From an uncultured Acidobacterium sp. (GTDB taxonomy: Bacteria; Acidobacteriota; Vicinamibacteria; Vicinamibacterales; UBA2999): DNA of 57,406 nt. This document shows positions 1 through 12,035 of this stretch, in pieces. The notes under the pieces were generated by a model. That model searched no databases and was not told the DNA's origin. It worked only from the letters and a program-made list of their open reading frames with translations. The position numbers and the translations under genes were made by a program. The DNA is taken from NCBI GenBank assembly GCA_964355095.1, contig CAYHCX010000009.1, positions 1 through 57,406 of the forward strand, written 5' to 3'. Position 1 is the stretch's first letter. Each line of letters starts with the position of its first letter.

Positions 1-119
1 AAGTGGCCGACGGCAAGCACTCAGTCATCCTCGACCAGGTGGCCAACGGGGTCGCCGTGCGGATGGCCGTCCTGTACTTACTGGCGGGTGAGCCGCAGAC
101 CAATGCAGCCGCAGACTAG
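1..119 (+). CDS. pyrB: aspartate carbamoyltransferase, C-terminal fragment (5' part outside window)
   Basis: Open frame from the window edge (codon phase starts at nt 3) to TAG 117-119. It translates ..[29 protein letters not shown].., which resembles an ATCase C-terminus. It lies directly upstream of pyrC. Confidence 0.5.
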   Translation, partial: VADGKHSVILDQVANGVAVRMAVLYLLAGEPQTNAAAD

Positions 120-170
120 ACAGCCGCAGATTAGACACAGATTAAGCACACATTAGACGGGGAGTTCACT

Positions 171-1475
171 TTGAAACGCTTGCTCAAGGGCGGCCGCGTC
201 GTCGACCCGGCCAACGGCCGCGACGGCATCTTCGACGTGCTGATCGACGGCGATCGCATTGCCGAGGTAGGTGAGGATCTGACAGCCGACGGCGCCGAGG
301 TGATCCAGATTCCGGCCGGCCTCGTGGTGTGCCCCGGCCTCATCGACATGCACGTGCACCTGCGTGAGCCCGGGCAGGAACACAAAGAGACAGTGGCGAC
401 CGGCGTGGCCTCGGCCGTGGCCGGCGGATTCACCGCCGTGGCGTGCATGCCGAACACCAAGCCGGTGAACGACAACGCCGGTGTCACCAAGCTCATTCTG
501 CAGAAGGCGGCGGAAGCGAACCTGGCGCGTGTGTACCCGATCGGCGCCGTCTCTCGCGGGCAGAAGGGCGAGGAACTCGCCGACATCGCGGAACTAAGAG
601 ACGCCGGCTGTGTCGCCGTCACCGACGACGGCTTGCCGGTGGCAACGGCGCTCCTGGCCAGGCGCGCGCTCGAGTACACCAGCATGTTCGACATGCCCGT
701 GATCGAGCACTGCGAAGACCAGACGCTCAAGGGCGACGGCGTCGCTCACGAGGGCCCGGTGGCCGCTTCGCTCGGCCTGCGCGGCATTCCCGGCGTGGCC
801 GAAGCCATCACCGCCGGTCGCGACATCCTGCTCGCCGAGATGACCGGCGGCCATATTCACATCGCGCACATGAGCGCGTGGACCACCATCGAAGCGGTCC
901 GCCAGGGCAAGAGCCGCGGCGTCAAGGTCACTTGCGAGGTGTGCCCGCACCACTTCACACTGACCGACGACATGCTGGCGGCGCCGGTCGCCTACGACAC
1001 CAACACCAAGATGAACCCGCCGCTGCGCGAGGCCCGCGACCGCGACGCGATGATCGCCGGCATCGTTGACGGCACGGTGGACGTGATTTCGACCGACCAC
1101 GCGCCCCATCACTACGACGAGAAAAACGTGGAGTTCGACCGCGCGCCGTTCGGCATTGTCGGCCTCGAGACGGCCGTGCCGATCACGCTGGACCGGCTGG
1201 TGCACACCGGCCTGATCTCGCTGTCGCGCATGGTCGAGTTGATGTCGGTGAATCCGGCGAAGATTCTTCACGTGCCCGGCGGATCGCTGTCGGCCGGGGC
1301 GCCCGCCGACATCACCATCCTGGCCCTCGACCTGCCGGTCACGGTGGACAAGACCAAGCTCGTGAGCAAGTCGAAGAACACGCCGTTTGACGGCTGGTCC
1401 TTCAAGGGTGGTGTGGCCGCGACCATCGTCGGTGGCCGAACGGTCTATTTGAATGCCGCAGCAGGACTGAAATGA
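171..1475 (+). CDS. pyrC: dihydroorotase
   Basis: 434-aa ORF with a TTG start and GGGGAG upstream. Metal-binding motifs DMHVHLREPG and STDHAPH are present. Sits in pyr gene context. Confidence 0.9.
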   Translation: MKRLLKGGRVVDPANGRDGIFDVLIDGDRIAEVGEDLTADGAEVIQIPAGLVVCPGLIDMHVHLREPGQEHKETVATGVASAVAGGFTAVACMPNTKPVNDNAGVTKLILQKAAEANLARVYPIGAVSRGQKGEELADIAELRDAGCVAVTDDGLPVATALLARRALEYTSMFDMPVIEHCEDQTLKGDGVAHEGPVAASLGLRGIPGVAEAITAGRDILLAEMTGGHIHIAHMSAWTTIEAVRQGKSRGVKVTCEVCPHHFTLTDDMLAAPVAYDTNTKMNPPLREARDRDAMIAGIVDGTVDVISTDHAPHHYDEKNVEFDRAPFGIVGLETAVPITLDRLVHTGLISLSRMVELMSVNPAKILHVPGGSLSAGAPADITILALDLPVTVDKTKLVSKSKNTPFDGWSFKGGVAATIVGGRTVYLNAAAGLK

Positions 1476-2101
1476 GCACATCCGGAAACGCCCGCCACGA
1501 CGAGGTCCGCGCCAGAGCGCTGGAAGACATGCGCCGTTTCGAAGTGGTGATGGATGGCCACTTCGACTACGGCAACGGCTTCCACGGCAAGCTCTACCTG
1601 AACCCGCACCAGTTGTTCCAGTGGCCTTCGACGATCTGGCGTGTGGCGCAGGACCTGATCGACGTGATGCCCACTGACTTCGTGGAGACCGCCGAGGTCG
1701 TGGCCGGTCCGGCGACGGGTGGCGCCCTGCTGGCACACACCGTGGCCGGCTTGCTCGACGGCCGCCGGCCCATGACGCATCCCTCGTACTCGTTCGCCCC
1801 GTTCGGCGACCAGGAAGGCGGGCCGAGCCTGAGCCCGTTCTATGCGCGGCGCATGCGCGGCAAGCGCGTGCTGATTGTGGACGATGTGCGGAATACCGGC
1901 ACCACCTTTCGCAAGTGCGCGGATCTGGTGGCCGCCGCCGGCGGCATCGTCATCGGCACCATGCAGATCGTGGATCGCTGCGAGGCGTGTGTGAGCCTGG
2001 ATGTGCCGAACGTGGCGCTGGTCGAATACAAGGCGCCGCCGAATTACCCCGCGGCGTCGTGTCCGCTGTGCGCCGCGAACGTGCCGATTACGAGCTTTTG
2101 A
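1472..2101 (+). CDS. type I phosphoribosyltransferase, diverged PyrE-like paralog
   Basis: ATGA start/stop overlap with pyrC. PRPP loop VLIVDDVRNTGTT. The C-terminal CPLCAANVPI parallels CPLCQQGSPV of the canonical pyrE at 31901, but the N-terminal half is diverged. Confidence 0.6.
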   Translation: MSTSGNARHDEVRARALEDMRRFEVVMDGHFDYGNGFHGKLYLNPHQLFQWPSTIWRVAQDLIDVMPTDFVETAEVVAGPATGGALLAHTVAGLLDGRRPMTHPSYSFAPFGDQEGGPSLSPFYARRMRGKRVLIVDDVRNTGTTFRKCADLVAAAGGIVIGTMQIVDRCEACVSLDVPNVALVEYKAPPNYPAASCPLCAANVPITSF

Positions 2102-2169
2102 GCTGTTCAAGCGTGGCGGTGCAGTCGCGAATCTGTTAGCCTTTCGGAGCTACTTGCTATTTGAGCCAC

Positions 2170-3108
2170 ATGGCACTGCCACCTGTTACACAACGCATCC
2201 GGGCTCCGCGAGGAAAGCCATCCACGATCGCAAATTTGAAGCCAGCGTTTGCAACTGACCTCGGGCAACTGTTTATCGCCGACTGCCTGCCGATTCTACG
2301 AAGCATGCCCGACGAGAGTCTCGACCTGGTCATCACGTCTCCCCCCTACGACGGCCAGCCCAAGTACGGAAACGGCGAGAGGTACGACCGAGACTGGTAT
2401 CAAGGCTTCTTCATGGATGTCACGGCTCTCATCCTAACGAAGCTGAAGCCCCACGGCAGCTTCGTTCTCAACTATCGATCGAAGAGGAGGGGCGATGAGC
2501 GTGGCGTCCTGCAGTACGAATTGGTGTTCTGGTTGCGCCAACAGGGTTATCTCTTTTGCGAGGATTTTGTTTGGGGAAAGCCATCGCCGCCGCCCGGACG
2601 ATTTAACCGATATCTGAAGGACGCAGTCGAGTACTGCTTCCAGTTCGCCAAGACGCCCAAGTGGCAGTTCTTCCCTGAGAATTGCCTGACGCCTGCGCGA
2701 TGGGATGCGAAGGACAGGGCACGGCGCCGCAGGCTTGCGCACAACTACGAGCGCGTCAATGAACCATCGGGCCAAGGCCGTAAGAGGGTCCAGGCGGGGC
2801 CGGATATGGTTCGGCCGTCGACGCTACTAACGCTTGAGCCGGAGTTCAGTCCAAACCCAACGCTGCACCCGGCCCGTTTTCCGATCGCGTTGCCGAGCTT
2901 CTTCATCCGGCTGCTGACTCAGCCAGGCCAATGCGTGTTCGACCCGTTTGGTGGAACGGGAACAACGGCGGTTGCTGCCGAGAGCCTCGGCCGACGTTGG
3001 GTTACAACGGAGATCGACAGGAAGTATTCAGCTGCCCTGCCCGAACGTATTGCACAGGCTCGGGCGATCTTGAGTCCATCGGTCAATGACACTCGAAGAG
3101 GCCGTTGA
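2170..3108 (+). CDS. beta-class DNA methyltransferase (N4-cytosine or N6-adenine), Type II R-M
   Basis: Motif IV DLVITSPPYDG is near the N-terminus and motif I FDPFGGTGTTAVAAE is near the C-terminus, which is beta-class order. ATG 2170 is in frame with the track's TTG 2161. The region is visibly lower in G+C than its flanks. Confidence 0.85.
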   Translation: MALPPVTQRIRAPRGKPSTIANLKPAFATDLGQLFIADCLPILRSMPDESLDLVITSPPYDGQPKYGNGERYDRDWYQGFFMDVTALILTKLKPHGSFVLNYRSKRRGDERGVLQYELVFWLRQQGYLFCEDFVWGKPSPPPGRFNRYLKDAVEYCFQFAKTPKWQFFPENCLTPARWDAKDRARRRRLAHNYERVNEPSGQGRKRVQAGPDMVRPSTLLTLEPEFSPNPTLHPARFPIALPSFFIRLLTQPGQCVFDPFGGTGTTAVAAESLGRRWVTTEIDRKYSAALPERIAQARAILSPSVNDTRRGR

Positions 3109-4183
3109 ATCAGTCGCCCAGGCAACAACCTGGGACGCACGAATCGCAGCAATACGCCTGATTCCTGAGCAATTCGGAACAGCGTCGCACCAAGAGGTCT
3201 ATTCCGCGATTGCTCGACAAGTGTACGTCCCCAGTCTTGCCCCTGACTTCGCCTACGTCCACTGGCATGACGACTACGAACTGCCGCTTGCCCAACACAC
3301 GTACGATCTCGCCCACAACCTAACTGCCGGATTCTCGAAAGTCGGCATTGACGACTTGGTTCGTGCGCTCACGGATGCGCCCGTGACGCTTCGCGTGTTT
3401 CGGCTGATCATTGGATTCACGGCGCAAGAGTTCGCTGCCGCGACAGCACTTGTCGCAACCGGGCCGGGTGAGCGCCCTGTGACCACCAGTCGCGTGCGAG
3501 CAATTGAGACCGGCTCGGCAGCCAAGCCAAGGACCTTGAAGCATTGCGCAGCTGTCATTGACCAGACGATGCGCAAAAAGCTGTTCGGTTCGTCGCCAAG
3601 CAGTGAGATCCGTCTCAAGACGGATAAGCCCGACACGATTGACGGATGGACCTCAGTGCAGAAGTACGCCGCCGGCGGGGTCCCTCTCGCGATGTTTCTT
3701 CACCAGCGCCAGTACGGCGGAGCCTTTCGGCAACTGCTCGATGCGACGAGCTCGAAACGTGGGGACGTGATCGAAGACGCGGTCCAAGAGCTACTGGTAG
3801 CGATGCAAGTCCCATTCGTCAGGACTGGTTCGAATAACCAGGAAGAGATCGCGACCCGCTTCAGCCTCACCGTGAAACCAGCACCCGACTTCGTGATGTT
3901 CGATGGCAAGGGGGTTCTCCGGGCCATTCTGGAATGCAAGGGCGCGAACGACGGAGGCACTGCTCGAGACAAGGCCGCCCGGTTTCGGTCTCTTCGGGAA
4001 GAGGCGAAGAGATTGGGTGGCATACCGCTTTTTGCCGTACTGGCCGGGCTCGGCTGGACCCGCACCGCCGACGCCCTCGGCCCGGTGATTAGGGATACGG
4101 ACGGGCGGACATTCACCATTCCTACATTGCCGGAGATGGCAACGGTTCAGCCCCTTCCGATGCTCGCTGGGACTCAGTTCTAG
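3086..4183 (+). CDS. putative Type II restriction endonuclease (Cro/C1-like HTH + PD-(D/E)XK core)
   Basis: 23-nt overlap with the methyltransferase gene. The C-terminal motif is PD followed 14 aa later by ECK (PDFVMFDGKGVLRAILECK). A central XRE-like HTH reads LRVFRLIIGFTAQEFAAAT..TTSRVRAIETG. I recognised no specific enzyme family. Confidence 0.55.
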   Translation: MTLEEAVESVAQATTWDARIAAIRLIPEQFGTASHQEVYSAIARQVYVPSLAPDFAYVHWHDDYELPLAQHTYDLAHNLTAGFSKVGIDDLVRALTDAPVTLRVFRLIIGFTAQEFAAATALVATGPGERPVTTSRVRAIETGSAAKPRTLKHCAAVIDQTMRKKLFGSSPSSEIRLKTDKPDTIDGWTSVQKYAAGGVPLAMFLHQRQYGGAFRQLLDATSSKRGDVIEDAVQELLVAMQVPFVRTGSNNQEEIATRFSLTVKPAPDFVMFDGKGVLRAILECKGANDGGTARDKAARFRSLREEAKRLGGIPLFAVLAGLGWTRTADALGPVIRDTDGRTFTIPTLPEMATVQPLPMLAGTQF

Positions 4184-4479
4184 GTCCCTCGACGTCGCCC
4201 CGCCGAGCGCGCAGACCGGGCGCTGTCTTGCGCCATCAGCTTCTTGATGCGCGCGGCGGCGCGTGCCCTCACCGCGACGGGCGGACGCTTGTGCCCCTCG
4301 GCGCGGCACGCGGCCATCGTCCGCTTCAAGCGACCGGCCAGCGTTCCGCAACATCCGCATTCGGTGATGTGACGCTCGATGGTCTTGCGCCGCGCGGGCG
4401 TCAGGTCACCATCCAGGTACTGCGACACCTGCAGCAGCAGGGAGCGGCAGCGGGCAGACGGGCGTTTGGGCGCGGTCAC
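4180..4479 (-). CDS. soluble zinc-binding anti-sigma factor (ZAS, RsrA-like)
   Basis: GTG start forms a GTGA overlap with the stop of the upstream ECF sigma. 99 aa with no TM segment. C11 plus H37-x3-C41-x2-C44 (ERHITECGCC). The N-terminus LLLQVSQYLDGDL is typical of the zf-HC2 family. Confidence 0.75.
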   Translation of the reverse strand: MTAPKRPSARCRSLLLQVSQYLDGDLTPARRKTIERHITECGCCGTLAGRLKRTMAACRAEGHKRPPVAVRARAAARIKKLMAQDSARSARSAGRRRGT

Positions 4480-5147
4480 TTCGCCTGCTCCCCCAACTCC
4501 GCCTGGAGCTGCACCCGGGCACGGTGCAGACGAGTCTTCACGTTGTCTTCTGAAATCCCCATTACCTTCGCGACCTCTCGAGTCGACAGCCCCTCCATCT
4601 CCCGCAAGAACACAATCGCGCGGTAGGGAGCGGGCAGACGGCGCAACGCCTTCCGCAAGCGGCGGCGAAGGCCGGCGTTGTCCGCCAATTGTTCCGGGTT
4701 CTTGCCTGGATGCGATGGCTCGATGCCGATCGGGTGGTCGGGCCCCGGCATCATCTCGTCCAGCGACTGCAGCCGTCGCGGTTCGTCCACCTTTTTCCGC
4801 CTCCCCATCAGGCAGGCGTTGCGCACGGTGCGATACAGCCATGGGCGGAAGGCCTCCGGATCCTTGATGCGGCCAACGTAGCGAAACGTCTTGATCAGGG
4901 CTTCCTGCATCGCGTCTTCGGCGTCGTCGGCATGTCCGCATACCGAGGTGCTGAACCGCCACGCCACCTCTTGAGCCCGCATCAGCAGCCGTTCGAGGGC
5001 CGCTTCGTCGCCGCTGGCGGCCGCGGTGACGAGTCCGGCATATTCGTCGGTCGCCGGGTCCACCGCGCCTGTATGCAAGGGATTCAGCCGCTGCCTTTTG
5101 GTGGCATTCCTGCCGCCAACCGCCTTTGTCACATTTTTCGTGGTCAT
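4476..5147 (-). CDS. ECF-type RNA polymerase sigma factor
   Basis: Sigma-70 regions 2 and 4, with the region 4 HTH LSTREVAKVMGISEDNVKTRLHRAR. Start placed at ATG 5147 (MTTKN..). The track ORF extends to 5264 but then overlaps the divergent gene. Confidence 0.85.
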   Translation of the reverse strand: MTTKNVTKAVGGRNATKRQRLNPLHTGAVDPATDEYAGLVTAAASGDEAALERLLMRAQEVAWRFSTSVCGHADDAEDAMQEALIKTFRYVGRIKDPEAFRPWLYRTVRNACLMGRRKKVDEPRRLQSLDEMMPGPDHPIGIEPSHPGKNPEQLADNAGLRRRLRKALRRLPAPYRAIVFLREMEGLSTREVAKVMGISEDNVKTRLHRARVQLQAELGEQAK

Positions 5148-5163
5148 GAATCTTGTCAGGGAG

Positions 5164-6492
5164 ATGATACGACGCCTCTCGACTGTGCTCCTGGTGGCAG
5201 GGCTTGGGCTGGCTGCGCCCGCCGCGGCCCAGACCCCATCCCCGCTCACGCTGACGCAGGCCATCGCCCGGGCGCGCGCCCAGAATCCCGAGGCTGGGTC
5301 GGCAGCCGCCGCCGAGCGGGAAGCCGCGGAGCGCCTGATCCAGGCTCGCGCGGGCTACTTCCCGAAGGTGGATTTCACCGAATCGTGGCAACGCGGCAAC
5401 CAGCCGGTCTTTGTGTTTGGGTCGCTGCTGGCTCAACGGCAGTTCACCGCCGCCGATTTCGCGCTCGCCGCCCTCAATCACCCGGATGCCGTGAACAACT
5501 TCCGCGCCGGCGTCACGGTCGAGCAGTCGCTGTTTGACGGCGCCACCAGGGCCCACGTGCGGGCCGCCGGCATTGGCCGCGACCTGACTGCCGCCGGGCG
5601 GCTGTTGGTGGACCAACGCCTGTCGCAATCGGTCACCGACGCCTATGGCCGCGTGCTGATGGCCACCGCAACTGTCCGGTCGGTCGCCGCCGCCGTCGAG
5701 ACCGCGCGCGCGGATCGCGAGCTGGCGGGCAACCGGCGTGATGCCGGCCTGGTCACCGACGCGGATGTGCTGCAACTCGATGTGTATATGGCCCGGACGC
5801 TCGAACAGCAGGTGCAGGCCATTGCCGAAGAGCGAATCGCGCGGGCCCGGCTCAACCAGTTGATGGGCGAGCCACTGGGCACCGCCTTCATGCTCGAGCC
5901 GGTTGTGTCCACGGCCGCTGGCGTCGCCGCCGATCCCGCGACGCTCGAAGCCGAGGCCGTGAAGAACCGTCCGGAGGTCTCGCTGGCGACCCTGCAGGAG
6001 CAACTCGCGCGTGCCGCCGTCACGGCCGCCCGCGCCAGCTTCCTGCCCCAGGTTTCGGCGCAGGGTGGCTGGGAGCTCAACGGCGGCGGCTGGAACTCGC
6101 GCGCCTCGAGTTGGGTGGTTGGCGCCGTCGCGAGGATCAACCTGTTCCACGGCTTCGCCGATCAGTCGCGGCTCGCCGAAGCGCGCGAGCAGGCGACGCG
6201 GCGCGCCCTCGATCGGGAACAGGCGGAAACCGCGGCACGGCTGGATGTGCGGATCGCGCTGGCCCGCCTCGATGCGGCCCGCGCCAGTGAAGCCGTGGGC
6301 GGCGCCGCCGCCGACCAGGCGCGCGAGAGCCGACGCATCATCCGCGACCGCTACGAAAGCGGACTGACCGATGCAGCCTCGCTACTGCGGGCGGCGGAAG
6401 CCGTGCAGGCTGCCGAAACGCAACAAATCGCGGCGCAGGTGAACGTGCTCACCGCAACCGCCGCGCTTGAACGCGCCATGGGAAAGCGATGA
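5164..6492 (+). CDS. TolC-family outer membrane efflux protein
   Basis: Signal peptide MIRRLSTVLLVAGLGLAAPAAAQ. Two-repeat OMF-like sequence. ATGA overlap with the downstream MFP gene. Confidence 0.85.
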   Translation: MIRRLSTVLLVAGLGLAAPAAAQTPSPLTLTQAIARARAQNPEAGSAAAAEREAAERLIQARAGYFPKVDFTESWQRGNQPVFVFGSLLAQRQFTAADFALAALNHPDAVNNFRAGVTVEQSLFDGATRAHVRAAGIGRDLTAAGRLLVDQRLSQSVTDAYGRVLMATATVRSVAAAVETARADRELAGNRRDAGLVTDADVLQLDVYMARTLEQQVQAIAEERIARARLNQLMGEPLGTAFMLEPVVSTAAGVAADPATLEAEAVKNRPEVSLATLQEQLARAAVTAARASFLPQVSAQGGWELNGGGWNSRASSWVVGAVARINLFHGFADQSRLAEAREQATRRALDREQAETAARLDVRIALARLDAARASEAVGGAAADQARESRRIIRDRYESGLTDAASLLRAAEAVQAAETQQIAAQVNVLTATAALERAMGKR

Positions 6493-7660
6493 CCGACATG
6501 ATTTCGAGACGACACACCCTTATGACAGGCGCCGCCGCTCTGCTGCTCAGCCTCGGGCTGGCGGCATGCTCCACGCCAACCGACAAGGCGCCTGCCGACG
6601 CGGCCGCGCCGATTGCGGTGACGGTCGCACCGGTCACGATGGCGGAAATCGCCGAGGCCATCGATGCCGGCGGCGTCGTGCAGGCTCGGACGACGGCAAC
6701 GATGACGGCTCGCATCCTGGCGCCCGTCCGCGAGGTCCGCGTGTCACCTGGTGACCGCGTGCGCAGCGGACAAGTGCTGATCGTGCTCGATGGGCGCGAC
6801 CTCTCGGCCGGCGCTCGCGGTGCGCGGGCCGCCGCACTTGCGGCCGGCCAGGGCTCCACGGCCGCCGCCGCCGAACGGCAGTCGGCCGAAGCAGGCCTGG
6901 TCCTCGCCCGCGCCACTCACGCGCGGATTGCCGGCCTCCACGCCAAGCGCTCGGCCACCGCGCAGGAACTGGACGACGCGACCGCGTCGTTGCGCGCGGC
7001 CGAAGCCCGTGCCGCCGGAGCCGCCGCGAGGGCCCAGCAAGCCGAGTCGGCCATCGAGGGCGCAAGTGCCGCCAGCGAGGCGGCGGCCACGACGGAATCG
7101 TATGCCGTGATCACCGCGCCATTTGACGGCGTCGTGACTGAGAAACTGGTCGAGCCCGGCAACATGGCGTCGCCCGGCGCGCCGCTCCTGCGAATTGAAG
7201 ACACGCGCGGCTTCCGGCTGGAAGTGCGCGTGGACGAGTCGCGAGTCGGCCAGATTCAACCCGGCGCCACGGTGCCGGTCGCGCTCGATTCGGGTGTTGG
7301 CGGCGCCACCACCACGGTCAGCGGCACGGTCACGGAGATCAGCCGGGCGGTCGACGCCGACGCCCGCGCGTTCCTCGTCAAGGTATCGCTGCCGGACTGG
7401 TCCGGCCTGCGATCGGGACTGTTCGGGCGGGCGAGGTTCGCCGGGACGACGCGCAAGGCCCTGACCGTGCCGGCAGACGCCATCGTCAAGCGCGGCCAGG
7501 TGACCTCGGTATTCGTCGTCGACAACGGCGTGGCGCGATCCCGGCTCGTGGACCTCAGGGGCAACGAAGTGCTGGCCGGCCTCTCCGAGAAAGAGTCGGT
7601 GATCGTGGCTCCGGCCCCGGCGGTTACTGACGGCCGCCGCGTCAGCGTGGGAGGGCGGTA

Positions 7661-7661
<1 letters not shown>
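6489..7661 (+). CDS. RND efflux periplasmic adaptor (membrane fusion protein, HlyD-like)
   Basis: Lipoprotein-like N-terminus (LGLAAC), an Ala-rich coiled-coil hairpin, and beta-barrel domains. Sits between the OMF and RND genes with overlapping stop/start codons. Confidence 0.85.
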
Positions 7662-10851
<3,190 letters not shown>

Positions 10852-10855
<4 letters not shown>

Positions 10856-11643
10856 GCACACCACACGACCAAGCCTCAAGCCCCAAGCCCCAGGCCACAG
10901 GACCCGCGTGGAAGTTCCCGCCGAAGGTGGTGCTGGTCGCCGTGGACTTCGGCGACGCGTCGGCCCGCGCGGCCGCCCTGGCGGGGGCGGTGGCGACGGC
11001 ATTTGGCGCGCGGCTCAGCGCGATTCACGCCGAGCGGTTCGACCCGCCGCCGTACTTCACCCTCGAACAGATCACGAGGCTGGAAGCCGAGCGGCGCCTG
11101 TCGGCGACCGCGGCCGCCAGTCACCTGGCGCAGTTCGTGGCGGCGGCGACGCCCTGGCCGGTGGAGGCACGCATTGCCGACGAGCCGCCTGTTGACGCCA
11201 TCCTGCACGCCGCCACGTCAGCCGACCTGATTGTCGTCGGGACGCATGGCCGCAGCGGGCCAGGCCGCTGGTGGCTGGGATCGGTGGCCGAGCGCATCGT
11301 GCGCGGCGCCGCGGTGCCCGTGCTGGTGACCCGCGCCGGTGGCGCGGCGGCTCCGGTGGGCTTCGACCGAATCGTGCTGGTCGGCGAAGGCATCGAGCCG
11401 GCCTCCGACGGGCGGTTGGTGGCCCAGGGACTGGCGGACGCCTTCAAGGGCCGCGTCATTCCCGGCGGATCGGTCACGCGCTGCCAGCCCGATGTCATGG
11501 AAGGCGCGTCGCTTGTCGTCATGGAGATGGGGAGCAGTCACTCGGCGTGGTCGATCACCGACCCGGTGGCGAAAGTGCTCGGCGCCTGCGAGCGACCGGT
11601 GCTGTTCATGCCGCCGCACCAGCAACCGACAACGAAGAACTAA
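10852..11643 (+). CDS. universal stress protein family protein
   Basis: USP core [42 protein letters not shown] overlap with the RND gene. The first ~25 codons run through a heptamer repeat, so the true start may be GTG 10927 or 10930. Confidence 0.7.
10869..10896. repeat. heptamer array (4 units CCAAGCC/TCAAGCC type)
   Basis: Read directly: ccaagcc tcaagcc ccaagcc ccaggcc. Confidence 0.8.
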
Positions 11644-11660
11644 GATGGACGGAGAGCGAT

Positions 11661-11849
11661 ATGAACATTGAACAAATGCTGAGGATGATTGCCGGTGGCT
11701 TCGTGGCCGCGAGCGTGCTGCTCGGGATCTACGTCAACCAGAACTTCCTGTGGTTCACGCTGTTTGTGGGACTGAACCTGTTCCAGTCGGCGTTTACGCA
11801 GTGGTGCCCGATGATGGCGATCTTGCGGAAGGCCGGCGTGCGCGGATGA
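11661..11849 (+). CDS. DUF2892 (YgaP-like) small membrane protein
   Basis: 62 aa, two hydrophobic helices, conserved-looking [10 protein letters not shown] motif. Confidence 0.6.
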   Translation: MNIEQMLRMIAGGFVAASVLLGIYVNQNFLWFTLFVGLNLFQSAFTQWCPMMAILRKAGVRG

Positions 11850-11926
11850 TCAACGCCCTGATCTTTCTCGTCGTGTGGGTGGCCCTGCAGTGGTGGGTGC
11901 TGCCGCGTCTCGGCGTGCCGACTTGA
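11846..11926 (+). CDS. candidate 26-aa single-TM small protein (below the ORF-track size cut-off)
   Basis: ATGA overlap with the DUF2892 stop. Translates [26 protein letters not shown]. 22 of 25 sense codons after the ATG end in G or C, like genuine genes here. Followed by a strong hairpin. Confidence 0.35.
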   Translation: MINALIFLVVWVALQWWVLPRLGVPT

Positions 11927-11927
11927 G

Positions 11928-11971
11928 CGGTCCCTCACCCGCGCGGGTCGCGGGAAGGTGAGCCGGGACCG
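11928..11971 (+). terminator. GC-rich stem-loop after the DUF2892/sORF pair (no U-tract)
   Basis: CGGTCCCTCACC .. GGTGA(GCC)GGGACCG, with an inner CCCGCG/CGCGGG stem. Confidence 0.35.
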
Positions 11972-12035
11972 CCCAAGGACGGCTGCTAGCACGGTTGGTC
12001 ATGCGGGCGACTCCCTGTACGCTGAAAACGCCCGG

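Noticed and set aside
594-1736. Long antisense or out-of-frame ORFs in the track. Examples: 594-1736(-), the upstream part of 4180-6150(-), 7256-9961(-), 8698-9867(+), 15837-17636(-), 17087-18700(-), 21849-22973(-), 46539-48554(-), 55317-56651(-).
   Set aside because: Their translations are Arg/Ala/Gly/Pro-rich and low-complexity, which is typical of shadow frames in high-G+C DNA. Each fully overlaps a gene that has clear family motifs on the other frame or strand.
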